Shown piece by piece: positions 46,553-55,961 of a DNA stretch of 56,164 nucleotides. Source of the stretch: a virus (lineage: Duplodnaviria; Caudoviricetes). The stretch's first letter is position 1; every line of letters begins with the position of its first letter. A program made the translations under genes and the position numbers. Below the pieces are notes generated by a model. It was not told where the DNA came from. It did not search any database and saw only the letters and a list, made by a program, of their open reading frames with translations. The DNA is taken from IMG/VR virus record IMGVR_UViG_3300030105_002581, positions 1-56,164 of that record; one strand, 5' to 3'.

Positions 46553-47713
46553 TTAGAAATCCTTATAAACTTTCTTGGCCTTAGTAATGAACGGCTTTAT
46601 ATCAGCAGTTACAGCGTCTACATTTAAGTCTGCTATATCTGCTGCTTTAAAACTCGGGAAATAAATACGATACAATCGAGAACACTGTTCTTCTATTTTC
46701 TTAGCAGCCACTTTGCCCGCTTCGTCATTATCCATAAGACAGATAAGGGACAGTGCCCCTGACTCGTCTAGGATATGTTTTTGTTCTGTATTAAATGCTG
46801 TTCCAAATATAGCAACTGCATTGTGGATCCCTGCTTCCGCAAGTCTCCATACGTTTCCGGGAGACTCAACAAGGATAGCGACTCCCGTATCTAAAATAGA
46901 ATCCTTAGCCCTCCAGTAATTATACAACCACTTTTCCTTTTGGAAGCCTTTACTATGGAGCCATTTTGGAGAATGCCTACAAACAGATCGAGCACTGTGG
47001 TAGCTCTTACATTCCTTACACTGGTCATGAATACTTCTACCAGTACACCCAACTATATATTCATGGTTATTGTCATAGATGGGAACGACTGCCCGTTCGA
47101 ACATCGGCTTGTAGTGATTATCACAGTAACCAACATCGTATTCCTCTAAGACCTCTTTCGAGAACCCTCTATTTAGATAGTACGCGGCAGGAACCTCCAC
47201 CTTTTCTCTGTACTGATCCTGAGTTATCCCAAGACCTCTTGTCTTTCTCTTGGAGAAGCTGTTAACCATCGAACCGAACTTCATCTTCTCGACATTGATA
47301 GACTCTGCTTCTAGTGATTCAAAGTCCTTGTCAAGAAAGTCCAGAACAAACTCAACGGCCTCGGAGAAGCCAGCTATCTTATCTCCCTCTTGTTCCCATT
47401 TGTATCTGTATCTAGATAGGCAACCTCTGATGAATCCAAAGAAACTGTTCCCAAAGATATCTTCGCACTGGTGCGTCCTGCACTTATAATGAATCTTATA
47501 GTCACCATTATAGTACATATTTAAAGCGGTGTTATTGTCTCCATTATGAATAGGACAGGTGGACTTAATCAGTACGTCATTCCTATAGGCCTTGGTGATA
47601 CCAAAGAACTCATAGATCTGATCGATATGTTCAGCTCCCATTCTAGAGAGTTGGTTCAACTTGCCGTAGTCCTTGTATTTATACGAAGGAGACTTGCTCT
47701 TCTCTGTTTCCAT
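46553..47713 (-). CDS. dnaG: DNA primase (Zn-binding + TOPRIM)
   Basis: CPIH...C..HQC zinc domain, YYLNRG, LVES, MDNDEAG. Start re-called to ATG 47713 (GAGGA SD). Confidence 0.88.
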   Translation of the reverse strand: METEKSKSPSYKYKDYGKLNQLSRMGAEHIDQIYEFFGITKAYRNDVLIKSTCPIHNGDNNTALNMYYNGDYKIHYKCRTHQCEDIFGNSFFGFIRGCLSRYRYKWEQEGDKIAGFSEAVEFVLDFLDKDFESLEAESINVEKMKFGSMVNSFSKRKTRGLGITQDQYREKVEVPAAYYLNRGFSKEVLEEYDVGYCDNHYKPMFERAVVPIYDNNHEYIVGCTGRSIHDQCKECKSYHSARSVCRHSPKWLHSKGFQKEKWLYNYWRAKDSILDTGVAILVESPGNVWRLAEAGIHNAVAIFGTAFNTEQKHILDESGALSLICLMDNDEAGKVAAKKIEEQCSRLYRIYFPSFKAADIADLNVDAVTADIKPFITKAKKVYKDF

Positions 47714-49121
47714 AATCCTCGTCCTCCTCTCCAGTGTCATCCTCTATCTCAAAGGCGGTCAGTCCTTCTCTGATTCTTCCTGACGCTCCTCTCATCTGAA
47801 CATTGATGTAGTCATTAGAATCTAGTCCCTCTCCGTGACGTGAGATAAGAGGAACAAGCTTGAGGTTCCCGTGTTCTGGCCCGTCAGAAGCGATCTCTTC
47901 ATCTGATTTCTTCTTATAGATAGTGAAGTTAGAGCAGAGCCAAATGATTCTGTCAGAACCAGACGCTGCATCCGTAGACTCTTTTGTAATTCCATCTCGA
48001 TTAAGCTGGATGAAGGTTAGGATAGGTACTTCATACTTGAGAGAGAAGTTATGCAGTGCTGTCATCATAAATCCAAGCACTTGGAACTCTTTCATGTCTC
48101 CCTTTATTGCCGCCGAGTCCATGAGTTTTAAATAGTCATAGATGATAACGCAGTCCTTAGCCTTACCTTTATCATTAAGCCCTACAACTTTAGCAATCCA
48201 ACGTCTCATGATAGAGAGTTGATCTTCGAAGGCAAGACCACCGATTGTTTTGAAGTAGTAAGGTGTATCCTTCAAGTCCCTAGCCGCCTGAAAAACCTTC
48301 TTGCGATTAGTGGGATTCTTTGAAAAGGCACCTGTCTCAATATCGTTAATGGGAACATCAGTAAGCATTGCCATGAGACGATGCTGGTGATCTTCTTTCC
48401 TCATCTCTGTATCTAGGTTAAGAACAGGGATTCCTTGCTGTGCTATATGGATACCCATGTTGTCAGCCAGTAAGGTCTTACCTGTCTTAGGCCTAGCTCC
48501 AATAACATTAACCGTCCCCCTCCGCAGTCCTCCTCCGATAGCGAAGTCGTACCTAGAGAATCCTGTAGGAATACCAATCTGGTCTACTGGGTTCTCTGAG
48601 AGTTCGATCAGGCGATCTTCTGCTGTGTCTAGAACCATTGTAGGTGAGTCGTCAACGTCTGAGAGCATGGAGGTGAAGTCGAAGATAGACTCTTCAGCTA
48701 TACCTAGGATCTGAGAGATAGGCTCATCTCCCTTGACCTGAGCATACTTCTCCTTAGTTAGTTCTAGCTGGTCATGCATTAGTCTTGCAATCTCAAGCTT
48801 GCGAATCTTAGCCCCGAACTTCCTTACGTTACTAAGAAGTACTGGGAACTTAATAATAGAGGAGAGGTGTGAAACTTCTTGAGCATTAAAAAAGTCAGAG
48901 TTTCCTAACTCTTTCGCCGCTGACATCATGGAAGGAATGTCTATACTTGTAGTCTCATCCTTCTCTAGGATATGCTTCAAGCACCCATAGAGAACCATGT
49001 TTGATTCATCTGTGAAGCTACTCTCTTGGATAATGTCAGTGACATCGTATAATGCGTCCGAACCGTATTTAAAGATCCCCGCAAGGATAGCTCTTTCTGC
49101 TGGTAAGTCTTGTAAAATCAT
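47679..49121 (-). CDS. dnaB: Replicative DnaB-family helicase
   Basis: AERAILA, GIPTGF, Walker A GARPKTGKT, IYDYLKLM, QLNR. Start re-called to ATG 49121. Confidence 0.93.
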   Translation of the reverse strand: MILQDLPAERAILAGIFKYGSDALYDVTDIIQESSFTDESNMVLYGCLKHILEKDETTSIDIPSMMSAAKELGNSDFFNAQEVSHLSSIIKFPVLLSNVRKFGAKIRKLEIARLMHDQLELTKEKYAQVKGDEPISQILGIAEESIFDFTSMLSDVDDSPTMVLDTAEDRLIELSENPVDQIGIPTGFSRYDFAIGGGLRRGTVNVIGARPKTGKTLLADNMGIHIAQQGIPVLNLDTEMRKEDHQHRLMAMLTDVPINDIETGAFSKNPTNRKKVFQAARDLKDTPYYFKTIGGLAFEDQLSIMRRWIAKVVGLNDKGKAKDCVIIYDYLKLMDSAAIKGDMKEFQVLGFMMTALHNFSLKYEVPILTFIQLNRDGITKESTDAASGSDRIIWLCSNFTIYKKKSDEEIASDGPEHGNLKLVPLISRHGEGLDSNDYINVQMRGASGRIREGLTAFEIEDDTGEEDEDYGNREEQVSFV

Positions 49122-49126
49122 TTTTT

Positions 49127-49663
49127 TTAACCTGCTGATGTTGAACAACCGTTACATTTCCATCGAGACGAATCATGCACCACCGAAGGTGCAACATCAT
49201 ATACGTCTCCACACACTCTGCATTCTACTTCAATTACGCTTGACTGTCTAGGGTTGGTAGTCCTTGCCGGAATAGCATCTTTCTTATCAGAGCTTGCCGC
49301 ACTCTCAAGTTCTTCTCTTTCCTTAGGAGAAAGGTTGGTCGATCTCATGAAGTCTAGGAACTTGTTCTCTCTAGGAGAGTCTATATCTATGGGAGCAGTT
49401 CGACAGTTAGATCCCTTTGAGTTCCCCTTCTTTCTTCCCGTAGCAGACCTTTTACCTTTTCCACTTCTTTTACGACCGCCCTTTCCTCTTCGTCGCTTCT
49501 TATCAATCTCATGAGTCCTCTCCTCAGCCTCGTTCTCTTCAACTTGCTCAGGTTCTGGCTCCGACACTTTCTCTTCGCCGTCAGTGTCGTCTATTAGAAA
49601 TTCAATAAGCTCTGCTTTTGAAAAGTCTTTTAACAGTGCTTTTAGTTTATCCTGCTTACTCAT
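49127..49663 (-). CDS. Hypothetical protein with basic tract and C-terminal Zn ribbon
   Basis: KKRRRGKGGRKRSGKGKR; CRVC...CNGC. Confidence 0.65.
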   Translation of the reverse strand: MSKQDKLKALLKDFSKAELIEFLIDDTDGEEKVSEPEPEQVEENEAEERTHEIDKKRRRGKGGRKRSGKGKRSATGRKKGNSKGSNCRTAPIDIDSPRENKFLDFMRSTNLSPKEREELESAASSDKKDAIPARTTNPRQSSVIEVECRVCGDVYDVAPSVVHDSSRWKCNGCSTSAG

Positions 49664-50147
49664 ATCTTCTTCCTGCTTTCGCTTTCTGGAGGTTTACGAA
49701 AAGGTCGCTTAGATTTTTTGCTGATGTTGAAAGGTAAGTGATTCTGTCGGCTCTCTGTTGAGCGTATCTTTTAATGCTGTTTACTTTGGAACAGTACCCG
49801 TCCCCTTTGACAGCTTGCTCGAACTGACTATCCCATGAGCCTCCGTACTGAGACTCCCTTCCTGAGATAGTGCTCTTAAGAACAGAAGTCGCCCAGTTCA
49901 CTCGGGAATTTTCTCTATTGTAAGATCTCTGTAGGTAGAAAGAAAAACCACCGAGGAGTAGTGCTGCTTCCGCACATTCTTCGATAGTAAGTTTCTCCAT
50001 TGCTCCACGAGACATCTCCATGTAGCCTTTTACCGTTTGATCTCCGAAGTCTCCTGAGTAGGCTGGCAGACCTAGGCTGTTCTCGTACTCGTCAAGAATC
50101 CTATCGATCTCGTCTAGTCGTTCCTTTGCTTGATCTTTAATTGCCAT
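49656..50147 (-). CDS. Hypothetical helical protein (possible UvsY-like recombination mediator)
   Basis: All-helical; between RecA and DnaB. Function is suggested by context only. Confidence 0.5.
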   Translation of the reverse strand: MAIKDQAKERLDEIDRILDEYENSLGLPAYSGDFGDQTVKGYMEMSRGAMEKLTIEECAEAALLLGGFSFYLQRSYNRENSRVNWATSVLKSTISGRESQYGGSWDSQFEQAVKGDGYCSKVNSIKRYAQQRADRITYLSTSAKNLSDLFVNLQKAKAGRRYE

Positions 50148-50530
50148 TCTTCGTCGCTCTCGTTATAAGGTAATTCAACATACGTTATATTATTATACTC
50201 GCACCATTCACTTTTTCGTGAATCCCTTTTCCTTTGTTTTGCGAAATCTTGTGCCGACGTGTGGAATAGCGAGTTAAATTTATAATGTTGCTGGCCATGA
50301 ACCTCTATTACTAGCTTAATAGTATTGATGTAGAAATCAAAGAAAAGTTTCTCTCGTCTAGTAATTGGGACAGCTACCTCTTCCAGTATCTGGACGGTTG
50401 GGAAAAGATCTACTAGGATATTACGGGCTCGGAGATGTAGCTTAGAACGAGGACGCATGTCACTAGCGTTTATGACATACCCGTTAAGGTTCCACTTCTG
50501 TATCTCATTGTCTAGGTCTCTTATCTTCAT
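50114..50530 (-). CDS. Vsr/DUF559-like endonuclease
   Basis: FFDFYI...VIEVHGQQHY...RD..K..WC. Start re-called to ATG 50530. Confidence 0.75.
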   Translation of the reverse strand: MKIRDLDNEIQKWNLNGYVINASDMRPRSKLHLRARNILVDLFPTVQILEEVAVPITRREKLFFDFYINTIKLVIEVHGQQHYKFNSLFHTSAQDFAKQRKRDSRKSEWCEYNNITYVELPYNESDEEWQLKIKQRND

Positions 50531-50931
50531 CCAAGAACCTTCGCAACTAGAGCTCCCCATTTGAATAGTGTCTGCTTAGAACTTCTTTCGATCATTAGTG
50601 TTTCGTCAGGCATAACGATAGAGATCCTATTTTGTTTAAACTTATCCAAGAGACAGACAGCTAAGTCTTTCATAAACTCATCTATCTTACTAGATTCAGT
50701 TTCAACGCGAGGGTAATTGATGGCAGCGACCTCCCATCCATCCTCCGTGTAATGAGTTTTAGAGACGAAGGTAGTGTCCGTTACCCTAACAGGAATAGTC
50801 TGAGAATATTTCTCCTGAAATAGACCTATCTCCTTTATCAGATCCTTCTTAGAGAACGACTTAAGAGTCTCCTCATTGATAGAACCTAAGTATACCCTAA
50901 CTTCGTAAGTACTTCTAGACCTTATTTCCAT
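50527..50931 (-). CDS. Hypothetical protein
   Basis: Overlap-coupled between RecA and the endonuclease. Confidence 0.65.
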   Translation of the reverse strand: MEIRSRSTYEVRVYLGSINEETLKSFSKKDLIKEIGLFQEKYSQTIPVRVTDTTFVSKTHYTEDGWEVAAINYPRVETESSKIDEFMKDLAVCLLDKFKQNRISIVMPDETLMIERSSKQTLFKWGALVAKVLG

Positions 50932-51955
50932 TATCTATACCCACCATTTCAAAGACTTCTTGCTCAAACTTTTTGTATTCGTCAGGGTTGTCTTCTAGAT
51001 AAGCCGCCAACTTAACCTTACCTTGAACCTTCTCACCATTAGGAAGGTTGACCCAAGATCCAGACTTTGATACTAGCCCGAAGTCAAGGAGGAGATCTGT
51101 CAATTCCATTTCTTTCCAGATTCCTTTTCCATATCTGATGTGGCTTTCCACCTTCTGTCCGGGAGGCCCAATAGCAGACGTAGTGATTTGCCAGTGTACG
51201 GTCTGACCTATCTGTGTATCTCCCTGCATGAGGGGCTGAGAGTGTGAGGCATGCAACTTAACGTCCACTTGATACTTCAACGCACCCCCGGACTTCTCTA
51301 TCTTAGCCTTGCCCCTGCCGAATCGTTGAAGGTTAGCCATAAGGTGAGTAATCCCAACGACAGTGACCCTATTGATAGGGAGAGCGTTAGAGATTCTTCT
51401 ACAAAACTTAGCCAGTATCTTCTGCACACTCATTACCTGATGGTCTGCAAGGTCTCCTGTTAGCTCTGCCTCACTTGAAAGAGCAGAGAAAGAGTCAACG
51501 ACAGCGACAGCTCCCGGTTTTGTATGTACAATATTATCTATAATACTTAAGTATTTCTCAGCAGATAGAATGTTCCCCTCTGTGGAGGAGATGATCTGCA
51601 TTTCCTCTGGGCTTAAGTCTAGCCCTGCGATACCAGTAAGGTCTCTTTTCTTTAGACGACCCTCTATATTCGCATAGTAAACTTTTCTATCGTGATTTTT
51701 TTGAGCATTGGCACAAAAGGTAAGGGCTGTTACTGTCTTCCCTACCTTCTCAGGCCCCGTCATAATAAACAGAGATCCTTCTGGGACTCCTCCTCCAAGT
51801 GCTATATCTAACTTTGGCCCAATAGAGATTATCTCAAGAGGTCTATCTACAATAGAAGAGGGGTCGTGAAGCACGTCCCCATATTCCTTCAGAATGTCCT
51901 TGTCTGCCGAGGATGATCCTTTAGCAGGTTCTTTTTCCTTCTTCGCCTTAGCCAT
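50915..51955 (-). CDS. recA: RecA/UvsX-family recombinase
   Basis: LDIALGGGVP, Walker A GPEKVGKT, VVDSFSAL, GGALKY, IRYGKGI, KSGSW. Confidence 0.93.
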   Translation of the reverse strand: MAKAKKEKEPAKGSSSADKDILKEYGDVLHDPSSIVDRPLEIISIGPKLDIALGGGVPEGSLFIMTGPEKVGKTVTALTFCANAQKNHDRKVYYANIEGRLKKRDLTGIAGLDLSPEEMQIISSTEGNILSAEKYLSIIDNIVHTKPGAVAVVDSFSALSSEAELTGDLADHQVMSVQKILAKFCRRISNALPINRVTVVGITHLMANLQRFGRGKAKIEKSGGALKYQVDVKLHASHSQPLMQGDTQIGQTVHWQITTSAIGPPGQKVESHIRYGKGIWKEMELTDLLLDFGLVSKSGSWVNLPNGEKVQGKVKLAAYLEDNPDEYKKFEQEVFEMVGIDNGNKV

Positions 51956-52382
51956 CTAAATCCCTCAGTTTTGATATGATTGATTTCTGATCATTATTAC
52001 TCTTATGAACAACATTTTCCTTATCGTTGACATTATAATCAACAGCCTCAGTCCTCTGGATTATTGAATCTTTCTTCTCTTGAATTATACCGTGCAAGAA
52101 CTTAGATCTTAAGGAATAAGTTCCCCAACAGCGAGAATCTTTCAGAGCAGCAACTACAGACTCTTCCCCAAACTCCTTAACTAGCTTGTTAGCTAGAGTA
52201 ATCTGGTATCTATAGTACGCCTTCCATTCCTTTATCTCCCAGAACTTAATTGGTAAGTCCTTCTTATCTTTCTGGGCCTTCTTCTCGCAGATCACCTCCG
52301 TGATGTACTGAGGAGCTGAGACCCATCCTTGAGGAGAGTACCTAGAAGGGTACTTGCTTTTCTCTGTTCTATTCTTGCTCAT
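51948..52382 (-). CDS. Hypothetical protein
   Basis: Coupled ORF in the replication operon. Confidence 0.7.
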   Translation of the reverse strand: MSKNRTEKSKYPSRYSPQGWVSAPQYITEVICEKKAQKDKKDLPIKFWEIKEWKAYYRYQITLANKLVKEFGEESVVAALKDSRCWGTYSLRSKFLHGIIQEKKDSIIQRTEAVDYNVNDKENVVHKSNNDQKSIISKLRDLDG

Positions 52383-52708
52383 TTTCGAATACTATGGATC
52401 GCTCTGGTTCCACGATTGGATACTTTAACGTTCTTGTTCTTCTCTCTGTTTGTGTCTACCTTAATAGATCCAGCAGGAGTCATAATAGATACTCCGTCAT
52501 CACCATTAACAGTCTTCTTAAGAACCATGTCTGGAGAGTTCTCTTCTTTTTCTTTCTCTTCAAGTTCAGAGACATACTCCTCGACGAGACCAACGCTTCT
52601 ACCTAATACCTTGGCAATAGCTTTTGTCTCCATGTCGTTATGAAACATGCCCTCAATGCAATATTTCTCTGTAGTAGTAATCTTCTTTGCTGTGGATAAT
52701 TTACCCAT
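52379..52708 (-). CDS. Hypothetical HTH-like protein
   Basis: TKAIAKVLGRSVGLVEEYV HTH pattern. Confidence 0.6.
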   Translation of the reverse strand: MGKLSTAKKITTTEKYCIEGMFHNDMETKAIAKVLGRSVGLVEEYVSELEEKEKEENSPDMVLKKTVNGDDGVSIMTPAGSIKVDTNREKNKNVKVSNRGTRAIHSIRK

Positions 52709-52709
52709 T

Positions 52710-53141
52710 TTAAAACTCTCTTTCTGCGTTACTTAGCCAAGCCGCATTTTTTGTCTTTAGGAATTGGATATAATAGTCGAATACTTTCTTTGTAACCTGT
52801 CGGAACACCCATTCTGGGCGACCAGCATGCTTAACGTTTCGTGCGGAAGTACCTTCTGAGTACATTCCGATAGGATTATAAAGTCTTCCGTGCTTCCCTA
52901 TCTTGGCAAAGAACTTAATCTTGTTACCATCAGGAGCAGTCTTAGCGTGAGCCTCGTGTCTGTCTTCAGCCTTCTTGTCTACGAGATCCTCAAGTCGAGG
53001 ATACCCGTCCTCATCTACGAAGTCCTGACTTCCAGAGACGGTGTAGACAGCCGTGTCTGAATCTGAGGGAACTCTCTTTTCCTTCTCTTCTTTTTCAGTT
53101 ATGTTGAAGATGGCGTTATCTATGTTTGTATACTCGCTCAT
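52710..53141 (-). CDS. Hypothetical protein
   Basis: Coupled ORF; GRLYNPIG and FDYYIQFLKTKN..WL..AERE motifs. Confidence 0.7.
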   Translation of the reverse strand: MSEYTNIDNAIFNITEKEEKEKRVPSDSDTAVYTVSGSQDFVDEDGYPRLEDLVDKKAEDRHEAHAKTAPDGNKIKFFAKIGKHGRLYNPIGMYSEGTSARNVKHAGRPEWVFRQVTKKVFDYYIQFLKTKNAAWLSNAEREF

Positions 53142-53533
53142 TACTTACCCTTTTTTCTAGTGGATTTTCTTTTCTTCTTGACTGGTTCGTCCTTAGTCCA
53201 CTGAGTCGTTTCCGTAGGTCTCTCCATCCTAGACATTCCGTCTGGAAGGCTTTCAGTAGGCTCATCCTTCTTGGTCTTAAAATCGGCAGCCATATCTTCG
53301 CATTTCCATTTGCCGTATTGTTTTGTTTGTTTGTCTGCGTAGTGCCCAAGAGTTTTAACCTCAGACAGAGATAATGCAATAGCACTATAAACCTCGTCCT
53401 CTGAGAAGTCTCGGAAGACAGATTTCTTCTTCTTACACTCAGGGCATTTCTGCTTTTCTGTGTAATCTTCCATGCTAGATACAAGACTCCACTTATTAGA
53501 GCATGCTTCGCAATAAAAACTATATTCAGGCAT
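53141..53533 (-). CDS. FmdB-type zinc-ribbon protein
   Basis: MPEYSFYCEAC...CPEC. Start re-called to ATG 53533. Confidence 0.8.
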   Translation of the reverse strand: MPEYSFYCEACSNKWSLVSSMEDYTEKQKCPECKKKKSVFRDFSEDEVYSAIALSLSEVKTLGHYADKQTKQYGKWKCEDMAADFKTKKDEPTESLPDGMSRMERPTETTQWTKDEPVKKKRKSTRKKGK

Positions 53534-53744
53534 CTTTGTTCCCTCTTCCTGCTTCAAATTTTGTTATGTATTGATCGCAATCTTTTTTCCGAAGAACTCT
53601 AGGGGAAGTATAGATAATCTTACCTTCACTTAAGAAGACAGCTCCATCTTCTAGTTCCATAACTTGGAAGTGCCAGTCAGAGGTTGCGGATTGAGTAGCA
53701 TCAACACACGCCGCATTGATAAACTGATAAACGAGCTTAGTCAT
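53526..53744 (-). CDS. Small hypothetical protein
   Basis: Overlap-coupled with both neighbours. Confidence 0.5.
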   Translation of the reverse strand: MTKLVYQFINAACVDATQSATSDWHFQVMELEDGAVFLSEGKIIYTSPRVLRKKDCDQYITKFEAGRGNKDA

Positions 53745-53940
53745 TAAAGTATTCCTTGGGGTTTAAGCAATTCCTACAGTACACTCTAAAAGCTTCTGTT
53801 CCGAGAGACTTTTCTGACAACTTTATATGCATCTTACCATCAGGCTTACTGGTGGATTCGACACTCCTCACAGTAACAGTGACCTTTTCACCGTTCTTGA
53901 TTGTCCTGTCGCAAGAATCACAAGTATCTTTTCTTATCAT
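53737..53940 (-). CDS. Small Zn-finger hypothetical protein
   Basis: CDSC...CRNC; TATAAT 8 nt upstream of the ATG. Confidence 0.6.
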   Translation of the reverse strand: MIRKDTCDSCDRTIKNGEKVTVTVRSVESTSKPDGKMHIKLSEKSLGTEAFRVYCRNCLNPKEYFND

Positions 53941-54003
53941 GATATAGTATTATACTCTCAGTTCTTTGTTATTGGAGAGGCAAAAATACTAGACCTTAAG
54001 AAT

Positions 54004-54705
54004 TTATTCCATATTTGAGAAATCTTCTTGTAGGATAGGTTCGTTTAGCTGTCTTAATATCCTAGCTACTATGTCACTTCTAACGATATCTGAGTAGTCA
54101 AGTTCTGAGATGCCTACCCCTTCGACTCCTGACAGTCTATCCATGCAATTGGTGAGTGCTCCTTTTAGGTCTCCTAGATCACTCTGGTCAAGGTCTCCAT
54201 TAATGACAGCTTTAGAGTTTCTTCCTATCCTAGTGACGAACATTTTAATCTGCTCGAAGGTTGCGTTCTGTGCCTCGTCAAGAATCATGAAACAGTCATG
54301 AAAGTTTCTTCCTCTCATGTATTCCAGAGGGCATAGCTCTATAATCTCTTCTTCGCGGAACGCATCAACACTGTTCTTTGTTAGGTAGAGGTTCATTTCC
54401 TCTAAGATAGGAACGAGATAGGGATTTATCTTTTCGATCAAGGTTCCGGGAAGATGTCCTAGTCCTTTACCTGATGTGACAACAGGTCTTGTTATAATAA
54501 TCTTCTTTACTCTCTTCTCAAGAAGGTACTGACAAGCCAGCCCTACTGCGACGCTCGTCTTGCCTGACCCTGCTGGCCCAGAACAGAAGGTTATATCAGA
54601 GCAATCCATTTCTTCTATATAGTCTGCTTGATTAGACGTTTTAGCCTTAAGCCTTTTTCTTCTAGGAGCGTTTACAGGAGCTGGGTTCTTCTTTCTTCTT
54701 GCCAT
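54004..54705 (-). CDS. phoH: PhoH-family ATPase
   Basis: GPAGSGKT, ITRPVV, LGHLPG, YMRGRNF, ILDEAQN, GDLDQSDL, DIVRS. Confidence 0.95.
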   Translation of the reverse strand: MARRKKNPAPVNAPRRKRLKAKTSNQADYIEEMDCSDITFCSGPAGSGKTSVAVGLACQYLLEKRVKKIIITRPVVTSGKGLGHLPGTLIEKINPYLVPILEEMNLYLTKNSVDAFREEEIIELCPLEYMRGRNFHDCFMILDEAQNATFEQIKMFVTRIGRNSKAVINGDLDQSDLGDLKGALTNCMDRLSGVEGVGISELDYSDIVRSDIVARILRQLNEPILQEDFSNME

Positions 54706-54811
54706 AGGGTTCCTTTTATAGGTTTAATCAAATACTAACAAAAATAATAGCTGGGTTGGTATCTCCCACTTTAAGAGCACGTATAGCCAGTATAAAAGCC
54801 GATTAAAAAAC

Positions 54812-55948
54812 TTAATTGCATCGACTGGTTGATAGGACGTAGGACTCGGGAATATACAGTTGAGAACCTGTGGCAGGAGGGAAGCTTCCTGTCTGCTTGC
54901 AGACCGTTGATCCTGAGGGGTCTCCCACAAACTCAAGAACATAACCCCATTTGCAACGATTACCTACGCTATGAGCTCCTCCCCAATTTCTAGACTTGAC
55001 TGTCCAACAATTAGTTAGAACGTTACAGCCAGTCACTGACGTAGAGCAGGAAATACCAGTCGCGTCATTATCCGCTCCAATATAGTTTGGATCTGGGAAT
55101 GTTACACAAGGACAGTCGCAAGTTGAGCCAGCAGAATACCATACTCCTGTAGAGTCACTAGCCCCACTCGGAGTGCTGAAATAATAATTGCACATACCAG
55201 CAACTCCCGTTAGACAAGTCCCTGTAGTGAAGGGGGTGACCCTTCCATACCCGAAGTCTATGGCATAGCTCGCAGACCATATGTCGTTGTATGCGCCGCT
55301 AACGCTCGTATGCCAGAATGCCTGAAATTGATGGGGATGAGTGAGAGAGACTCTCTCTCCTATCGAGTACTTAGGAACACCTCCAGAAACACAGACAGCG
55401 GATTGCTGCTTAAAGATAGTGGGGGCATATGGCCCAGATGCCGCCTTGTCAACTTTATCAGTTCTTACGGTAGGGATAGCCTCGCTCCGTTTTTCTATAT
55501 TATAAATTCCCTTAGGAACTGCTGGAGGCATCCAGTTGTGACCCTCCGCCGCGTTTGTACCGGAAGCCCAAACGCCAGAGGAACTGTTCCAATACCCCCT
55601 CCTTATAGAAGTTCCATACTCATAGGTATGAAAGCTTTCAGTGTAAGGATCTACGGGAGTTCCACTAGTATCAGAGTAATTTATTCGAGGCGTATAATCT
55701 GGATCTGGCCCAAAAGGTTTAGAAGGAGTAACGCCAGTGCTATGAGGGAATTCATCCATCCATTGAGCTGTACCTACCATAATCTGGAATATTGCAATAC
55801 CTACAGTAGGATCCACCTGTCCTGTTCCTGTAGTGGCAGAGTATGGGCCTCCAACTACTCCGTGATCATTAGCTATACCGCTAGGGTAACCATCCCTATA
55901 AATACCAGTCTCTTGATTTTCAGAGGTTAATCCTGTTATAAAATTCAT
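54812..55948 (-). CDS. Hypothetical S/T/G-rich protein with Cys-rich C-terminus, virion-protein-like
   Basis: AAGGT SD; composition resembles the tail proteins; 12 Cys, all in the C-terminal half or just before it. Confidence 0.7.
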   Translation of the reverse strand: MNFITGLTSENQETGIYRDGYPSGIANDHGVVGGPYSATTGTGQVDPTVGIAIFQIMVGTAQWMDEFPHSTGVTPSKPFGPDPDYTPRINYSDTSGTPVDPYTESFHTYEYGTSIRRGYWNSSSGVWASGTNAAEGHNWMPPAVPKGIYNIEKRSEAIPTVRTDKVDKAASGPYAPTIFKQQSAVCVSGGVPKYSIGERVSLTHPHQFQAFWHTSVSGAYNDIWSASYAIDFGYGRVTPFTTGTCLTGVAGMCNYYFSTPSGASDSTGVWYSAGSTCDCPCVTFPDPNYIGADNDATGISCSTSVTGCNVLTNCWTVKSRNWGGAHSVGNRCKWGYVLEFVGDPSGSTVCKQTGSFPPATGSQLYIPESYVLSTSRCN

Positions 55949-55961
55949 TGCAATACCTTTT

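Noticed and set aside
53116-53484. 122-aa alternative-frame ORF
   Set aside because: Overlaps the FmdB-type Zn-ribbon gene, which has the recognisable motif.
55310-55930. 206-aa + strand ORF
   Set aside because: Entirely antisense to the better supported 54812-55948 gene in an otherwise - strand arm.
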